From Patescibacteria group bacterium (GTDB taxonomy: Bacteria > Patescibacteriota > WWE3 > UBA101185 > UBA10185): a DNA stretch of 64,000 bases. Position numbers and translations under genes: made by a program. Of this stretch, positions 59,230-64,000 are shown piece by piece; position 1 is the stretch's first letter; every line of letters starts with the position of its first letter. The notes beneath the pieces are model-generated. The model had not been told where the DNA came from. It saw nothing but the letters and a program-made list of their open reading frames with translations, and did no database searches. Location of the stretch: the NCBI GenBank assembly GCA_049322215.1, contig JBMORU010000001.1, positions 900,023 through 964,022 of the forward strand. The letters are read 5' to 3'.

Positions 59230-60147
59230 ATGAAAACACATGTCTACTACACAAAAACCACAGTTCTTATGATACTTTTAACAATTGAAGCAGGCACTTT
59301 AACGAGAGTAATATTAAATTTTGTACGTACAGGTGAGTTTTTTAAACCCGAACTAAACTTTGCTCTAAAAGTTATATTAATAATGATAGCGGGTCTTTAT
59401 ACATACACTCTTACAATAGGTGCCTGGAAAAAGTGGGAACAGTATTTAATAGTCCCACTACCGTTTGCAATTGGCATAATAGTAGCTTTATTTGGCCCAA
59501 GCCCTTTATATGCAACAATTATAGGGTTAGTATCAGCACTACTCATTGCAAACGAAATACACATTGCCACACAACTAAAAAACAATTTAATAAAATTTAA
59601 ACCTTACTTAGTTTTAAGACAATCTGCAAAAAGAATTACGGTAGTGTTTTCACTTATAGGCGCTGTTTTAGTGTTGGCCACTCCGTTTCATAAGGAAAAT
59701 TCTACAAAGCTGGTAGATAGAGTACAGCAACTTTTAGTTACAGAGACAAGTGAGTTTGTAGATAAAAACCTAAGTAACCCTGCAGACGTAGCAGTTATAT
59801 TAAATACTGTAGGAATAGAAACAGATCAAACAACATTAAATTTGATTTTAGGAAACGAAGGAAGTCTTGATTTTGGAGCAACTGTAGAAAAGACGCTAAC
59901 AGCTGAATTAGACAAGCTACTAGAGCCCTATCAACAGTTTGTAGCACCACTCATGGCAGTTATTGCATATGGGGTGTTTCAGCTATTAGGATTTGCAAGT
60001 TTAGTAATTTATTACTCAACCCTAGGTATCTTGTTTTGGATGGCTAAAAAAACCGGTTTTATAAAAATTGCAAACTTGCCTGTAGTTAGTGAAGTTCCTA
60101 CCTTTGAGGAACCTGTTGCTTATAATGAAACTGAAGAGTTAAGGTAA
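59230..60147 (+). CDS. Hypothetical multi-pass membrane protein
   Basis: About 6 TM helices. Confidence 0.7.
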   Translation: MKTHVYYTKTTVLMILLTIEAGTLTRVILNFVRTGEFFKPELNFALKVILIMIAGLYTYTLTIGAWKKWEQYLIVPLPFAIGIIVALFGPSPLYATIIGLVSALLIANEIHIATQLKNNLIKFKPYLVLRQSAKRITVVFSLIGAVLVLATPFHKENSTKLVDRVQQLLVTETSEFVDKNLSNPADVAVILNTVGIETDQTTLNLILGNEGSLDFGATVEKTLTAELDKLLEPYQQFVAPLMAVIAYGVFQLLGFASLVIYYSTLGILFWMAKKTGFIKIANLPVVSEVPTFEEPVAYNETEELR

Positions 60148-60804
60148 AATAAGTTCTTCAATTTTTTTTGAATCATTCACAGTATAAAAACCAACACGTG
60201 TTCGTATTAAAGAATACAACGTGGCTTCATGCCCTAATCTTTTTCCCATATCATAAGCTAAAGACCTTATATAAGTTCCAGAACCACAAGTAACCTTTAT
60301 TTTAGCTATTGGAAATGATTTATAACAATTTGCTTCAACAGAAATTAAATCAATAGACTTTATAAACACTTTCTTTACTGGAAGATCATCTTTATCAAGC
60401 GTTCCTTTTCGTGCTTGTTTATAAAGTTTTTTACCCTTAACTTTAACTGCAGAAAAAGCAGGAACCTTTTGATAAATTTCTCCTACAAACTCGGGAATAA
60501 TAACTGCAAGTTTAGTTTGTAGCTTAGTAGCATCTATATTTGTATTTAATTCCTCTAAAGGACCTTCCATATCATAAGTAGGGGATTTGATCCCGAACAC
60601 GATTTCAGCGATATATTCTTTTTCCTGGTGCATGAGCTCATTTTGACGTTTTGTATCTTTATCAGTTAAAACAAGAAGAACTCCCTCAGCCAAAGGATCT
60701 AAAGTTCCGGCATGCCCAACCTTTTTAGTTTTTAATATTGAACGAATTTTTGCAACTACGTCAAAACTAGTCCAATGCTTTTCTTTATAAATGTTTAGAA
60801 TCAT
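60139..60804 (-). CDS. truB: tRNA pseudouridine(55) synthase
   Basis: Motifs TSFDVV, KVGHAGTLDP, PAFSAVK..G..LY..AR, GTYIRSL, RTRVG. Confidence 0.96.
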   Translation of the reverse strand: MILNIYKEKHWTSFDVVAKIRSILKTKKVGHAGTLDPLAEGVLLVLTDKDTKRQNELMHQEKEYIAEIVFGIKSPTYDMEGPLEELNTNIDATKLQTKLAVIIPEFVGEIYQKVPAFSAVKVKGKKLYKQARKGTLDKDDLPVKKVFIKSIDLISVEANCYKSFPIAKIKVTCGSGTYIRSLAYDMGKRLGHEATLYSLIRTRVGFYTVNDSKKIEELILP

Positions 60805-60827
60805 ATATTAATTGTAAAAAACTCTGC

Positions 60828-60902
60828 AAAAAACAAAAGAGCCCCTGAATAATCAGTGGCTCTTTAGTACACATTAGATCGGATTGCTCTTCTCTAATGT
60901 GT
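60828..60902 (-). ncRNA. Putative ~70-nt sRNA, copy 2
   Basis: ACACATTAGA/TCTAATGTGT stem at predicted +1, ACT linker, then AAAGAGCCACTGA-TTAT-TCAGGGGCTCTTT and T-tract. Confidence 0.65.
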
Positions 60903-60908
60903 AGAGAG

Positions 60909-60937
60909 AATATAAAGCAAACTAACATATATGTCAA
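60909..60937 (-). promoter_or_regulatory. Sigma70-type promoter of sRNA copy 2
   Basis: TTGACA (60937-60932), 17-bp spacer, TATATT (60914-60909). Confidence 0.75.
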
Positions 60938-61107
60938 CTATTCTGCATACATCTTTCACACGTCTTTTTAAGCCTTTAAATTTGAATTTTTGCACGAAAT
61001 GTGCGGAGGTAGAAAATAAAAACAAGTGGTAAATAGGAACAATCTCGCAAAACAAGTTTATTTTTGTTTGCTTTGCGAGACTGCATTTTATTTGTTAAAA
61101 GTAGTCG

Positions 61108-62385
61108 CTAATTTTGAGAGTAATCCCAAAGAATAACACTACCGTTAGTGCGATACTGAAGAACAGCTCCCTCTAAAGACCCAATGCCGCCAAAGTCAAT
61201 TGCCCTTACGTGGGGGGGATCTCCAGCATAGTACGATTGTTGCCATGTTGGACACGATCTCGGTTCTAGCCACTGACCATCGGTTAAGATCAGTTTCAGT
61301 TCTGAACAGTCAAAAAACCAACCGGAATCACGTTCTGATACGTCAACTGTAATAGAAAAGTTTAACGTGAATCCGCCACCATCTTCCAAAATGCTATTTG
61401 TAAGCACCACCGATAAGGGAAGATCGGTTGCTAGTGTACTGCGGTCATTTAACTTTTCAGTTTCCAAAGGCAGTTCAAATGATAGGGGAGTACCAGAATC
61501 CCAATAATCCGTATGCGCATTCACAGTAAAATAAACATTGGGACGCTCCCGAGTTAGTTGGGCTGATAAAGATTCTGACGCCTCATATTTAAACCAAAAA
61601 ACACCCGAATATGACATATTTGGGTTTAACTCAACATAGTGGTCCAAATAGATGTCCAAAATGTCATCGGGAACATCATAGTCAGAAGCACGCTCCATGA
61701 TGTACCCGCCATCGAGCACTACATTTAAATCGAAGTACTCAATAACTCTACCAAAAACATTAATGTTAACAGGAATACCTACTAATAGTGTTTCTGAATA
61801 AGCTACCCAGGAAGGTGTCCCTGTTACGGTTAAATCTCCAAGAATAGCTGAAGTGTCTTCCAAAAGGGCTGTTTCACCAGGCTGATATGCTCCAATCAAA
61901 TTGGTAGCAGGCCAGTAAGTTGGTAAGACTTTTACTTGACCATTGTTCAACTCCAGCACGCGCAAAGAAATGTCGCGGGATCGCTTAGACAAATCATCAG
62001 TGTTGGTACCTTCGATTGTTACGCGAAGTATAGATATTCCAGCAACTTCCTCTTGCGCACGAAGTGGCACAGGCAGCTTATCTAACGAGCTTTCCTGTAC
62101 ATCTGCCGAGCAGGGTAGGTAATATTCTATAGTTTCACGAAAACGTTTAGTGGCCTCGTAAAACTCCGCGGCAGTACCTGCATCGGTTACACCGTAGGTT
62201 AGCAGTTGCATTTGGGTTTCGTCACCATCACAAAGAGCGGTTGTCCATTGCTCAGCCACTTCAGAAGCCTGAGTCATAGGTTTATCCGCCTGTACCCATA
62301 AGTAACCACCAAACCCAAGAACAAAAATCAGCACGACTGTGTTTAAAACAAGGCGGCTGTTCCAATTGATGTGTATCTTTTTCAT
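61108..62385 (-). CDS. Orphan membrane-anchored acidic extracellular protein
   Basis: N-terminal TM helix, AGGAGA SD, hairpin at 61043-61080, higher GC. Confidence 0.7.
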   Translation of the reverse strand: MKKIHINWNSRLVLNTVVLIFVLGFGGYLWVQADKPMTQASEVAEQWTTALCDGDETQMQLLTYGVTDAGTAAEFYEATKRFRETIEYYLPCSADVQESSLDKLPVPLRAQEEVAGISILRVTIEGTNTDDLSKRSRDISLRVLELNNGQVKVLPTYWPATNLIGAYQPGETALLEDTSAILGDLTVTGTPSWVAYSETLLVGIPVNINVFGRVIEYFDLNVVLDGGYIMERASDYDVPDDILDIYLDHYVELNPNMSYSGVFWFKYEASESLSAQLTRERPNVYFTVNAHTDYWDSGTPLSFELPLETEKLNDRSTLATDLPLSVVLTNSILEDGGGFTLNFSITVDVSERDSGWFFDCSELKLILTDGQWLEPRSCPTWQQSYYAGDPPHVRAIDFGGIGSLEGAVLQYRTNGSVILWDYSQN

Positions 62386-62419
62386 TTATTACTTCTCCTA
62401 ATTGATTTGTGATCGTTTG

Positions 62420-63565
62420 TTATGGAACGTAGCCAGACCAACTTGGGCCAGTGCTCACCCCTAACACAAACATTGTGATAACTGTTAGTGACGCGTTAAA
62501 AATTAACGCATGTTTATCGTATTTTTGTGGAATCAACTCTGCATAGGCAAAAGGCATCCAAGTTGCCAAAGCAAACCTCCCAATTGCGAAAACATGGGTA
62601 GAAAGTGGCAGCATTATAGATAGAAGGGTGAATAGGAAAAGTTCCCACCGTAACTCCTTTCTATAAACCATAAACGCTAATACAATCAACCCAACACCTA
62701 TTAGCAGCAAGTGATATGTTTCAAACACCTGCCCCCAATTGAATTCGCTTGGATTGTTATACCTTAACCAGTCAAACCACTCATGGGTGCGTGTCCATGG
62801 TAAGCCTTTGTCCCCACGTCTAAAGTAATCCTGTGCCGTAATAGGGCTCAAGCCTACTTCTGTGATTTTTGATACCCACCATGTCCACACAACATACACA
62901 AGAGTCGGAAACCCACATGCCTTAAGCCCTTTCTCTACAACTGCATTAATATTGCCTTGCTCCTGATGTAGAATCGATAAAGCGAAAACAGGCAACAATA
63001 CAATCGATTGGGGACGTGTTAAAACTGCAAGTCCCACAAAAAGACTGGCACCAAAATAATCTTTGTTAAAAAACCTCCGAAACGCATCAGACCAAAATCC
63101 GATGTGAAACGCTTCAGGAAAGCTCATTAAAAAGACAAATCCAGTGCCTAAAAAGCTAAAGGGCATATACCAAATTACCCGATCCGCATACTCCATGTCA
63201 CGCAAATAATCCAAAAGCATCCACAAGGCAAAAAAGCCGTAGAATACTCCAACGGTAGTAACCACAAACATTGCTGTAGTTACTTCCATTCCGGTTAATT
63301 GAATTAAAGCGCGTGTAATCATTGAGAAAAACGGGTACTTTGACGATAAAACACTTTGCGGTTGGTAACCCCATAGAATAACTAAACGCTCTAGTTCTGG
63401 ATCCCAATGAGCTAAGTTTGAAGCCCAATCGGTATCAAACAGTCCAGAGCCCTCCATTACTCCAGGGAGTGTTTGCATTGTGAAACCCCAAACCAAGGCA
63501 ATTGCCCTAAGCAAGAGGGTCATCAGCACAGCAAACTTCAGTGCGTGTTTAACCTTCTCATTCAT
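62420..63565 (-). CDS. GT-C mannosyltransferase-like protein (PIG-V/GT76-like), divergent
   Basis: Motifs HWD, YPFF, PEA, LAVLTRP, GRF. AAGGAG SD. Confidence 0.65.
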   Translation of the reverse strand: MNEKVKHALKFAVLMTLLLRAIALVWGFTMQTLPGVMEGSGLFDTDWASNLAHWDPELERLVILWGYQPQSVLSSKYPFFSMITRALIQLTGMEVTTAMFVVTTVGVFYGFFALWMLLDYLRDMEYADRVIWYMPFSFLGTGFVFLMSFPEAFHIGFWSDAFRRFFNKDYFGASLFVGLAVLTRPQSIVLLPVFALSILHQEQGNINAVVEKGLKACGFPTLVYVVWTWWVSKITEVGLSPITAQDYFRRGDKGLPWTRTHEWFDWLRYNNPSEFNWGQVFETYHLLLIGVGLIVLAFMVYRKELRWELFLFTLLSIMLPLSTHVFAIGRFALATWMPFAYAELIPQKYDKHALIFNASLTVITMFVLGVSTGPSWSGYVP

Positions 63566-63654
63566 GTAAACTCCTTATTGTTATTTATTTTTCAAGGTTT
63601 AGTTCAGTACTATCAGGCCATTATTATCCCATAGTAATCAACAATTAACAAGCA

Positions 63655-63683
63655 TTGACAGAAAAAAGCAAAAGCGGTACTTT
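63655..63683 (+). promoter_or_regulatory. Promoter of the thrS leader region
   Basis: TTGACA-17-TACTTT, with the leader ORF ATG 6 nt downstream. Confidence 0.7.
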
Positions 63684-63689
63684 GGCAGT

Positions 63690-63752
63690 ATGAATTCTTG
63701 CATAATAAGAATCACTTCAATAACTACTACAACCCCTTTGTGGGGTAATTAA
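63690..63752 (+). CDS. Putative Thr-rich leader peptide of thrS
   Basis: Manual translation MNSCIIRITSITTTTPLWGN*. Four consecutive Thr codons, followed by an ACCCC/GGGGT hairpin. Confidence 0.7.
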   Translation: MNSCIIRITSITTTTPLWGN

Positions 63753-63819
63753 AGCTGTTTAACTTAACATTTCCAAACTGTAAAAAAAGATTGAATTAAA
63801 TTAGAATATAAAGGAATTT

Positions 63820-64000
63820 ATGTCTGCAAATCAAAAAGTAATAGAAAAATTAAAAGATGATCCACTAATGCCGTTACGCCACACGGCAGAGCATGTATTG
63901 CATACTGCAATGCAAATTATGTACCCAAATATAAAAAAGGTTATGGGTCCACCAATAGAAAATGGGTTTTACTTTGACTTTGACCCAAACGGCGAGATTA
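63820..64000 (+). CDS. thrS: Threonyl-tRNA synthetase, 5' part (runs off the window)
   Basis: LRHTAEHVL...GPPIENGFYFDFD editing-domain motifs, AAAGGA SD. Confidence 0.92.
   Translation, partial: MSANQKVIEKLKDDPLMPLRHTAEHVLHTAMQIMYPNIKKVMGPPIENGFYFDFDPNGEI

Noticed and set aside
63684-63819. T-box riboswitch upstream of thrS
   Set aside because: No AAnnnGGGTGGnACC-type T-box motif and the leader is too short. The uORF explains the region better.
1-64000. Alternative genetic code (TGA = Gly) as in Gracilibacteria/SR1
   Set aside because: Conserved genes are intact under code 11 and several ORFs end plausibly at TGA.

Overview
AT-rich bacterial chromosomal DNA using the standard code (TGA = stop). 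Gene content and layout suggest a reduced-genome Patescibacteria/CPR organism, possibly WWE3/Microgenomates-like; this is inference, not a placement. Recognisable content: five tRNAs (Arg-TCT, Leu-TAA, Pro-TGG, Leu-TAG, Val-GAC); housekeeping genes (M29 aminopeptidase, dut, glmS, tig, clpP, trhO, RecD-like helicase, rarA, DHH phosphoesterase, truB, 5' end of thrS); a 10-gene CsoR/CopA copper locus; two tandem pilin-like proteins with Cys-rich repeats; three GT-C glycosyltransferases; cell-wall hydrolases; a lone 5-hmdU DNA kinase-like gene; and about 20 orphan ORFs. I saw no integrase, transposase, CRISPR array or rRNA. The most interesting signals are non-coding. (1) Two ~70-nt sRNA cassettes, 54 kb apart, share one architecture: TTGACA-17-TATATT, a hairpin starting at +1, an ACT linker and a terminator. 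(2) An unannotated Thr-rich leader peptide precedes thrS. (3) Conserved genes look leaderless, whereas orphans are Shine-Dalgarno-led, self-terminated cassettes. (4) A CCYATAGT(A) motif recurs next to promoter elements. (5) Structured repeats flank tRNA-Pro. All family calls come from motif recognition by eye, with no database searches.
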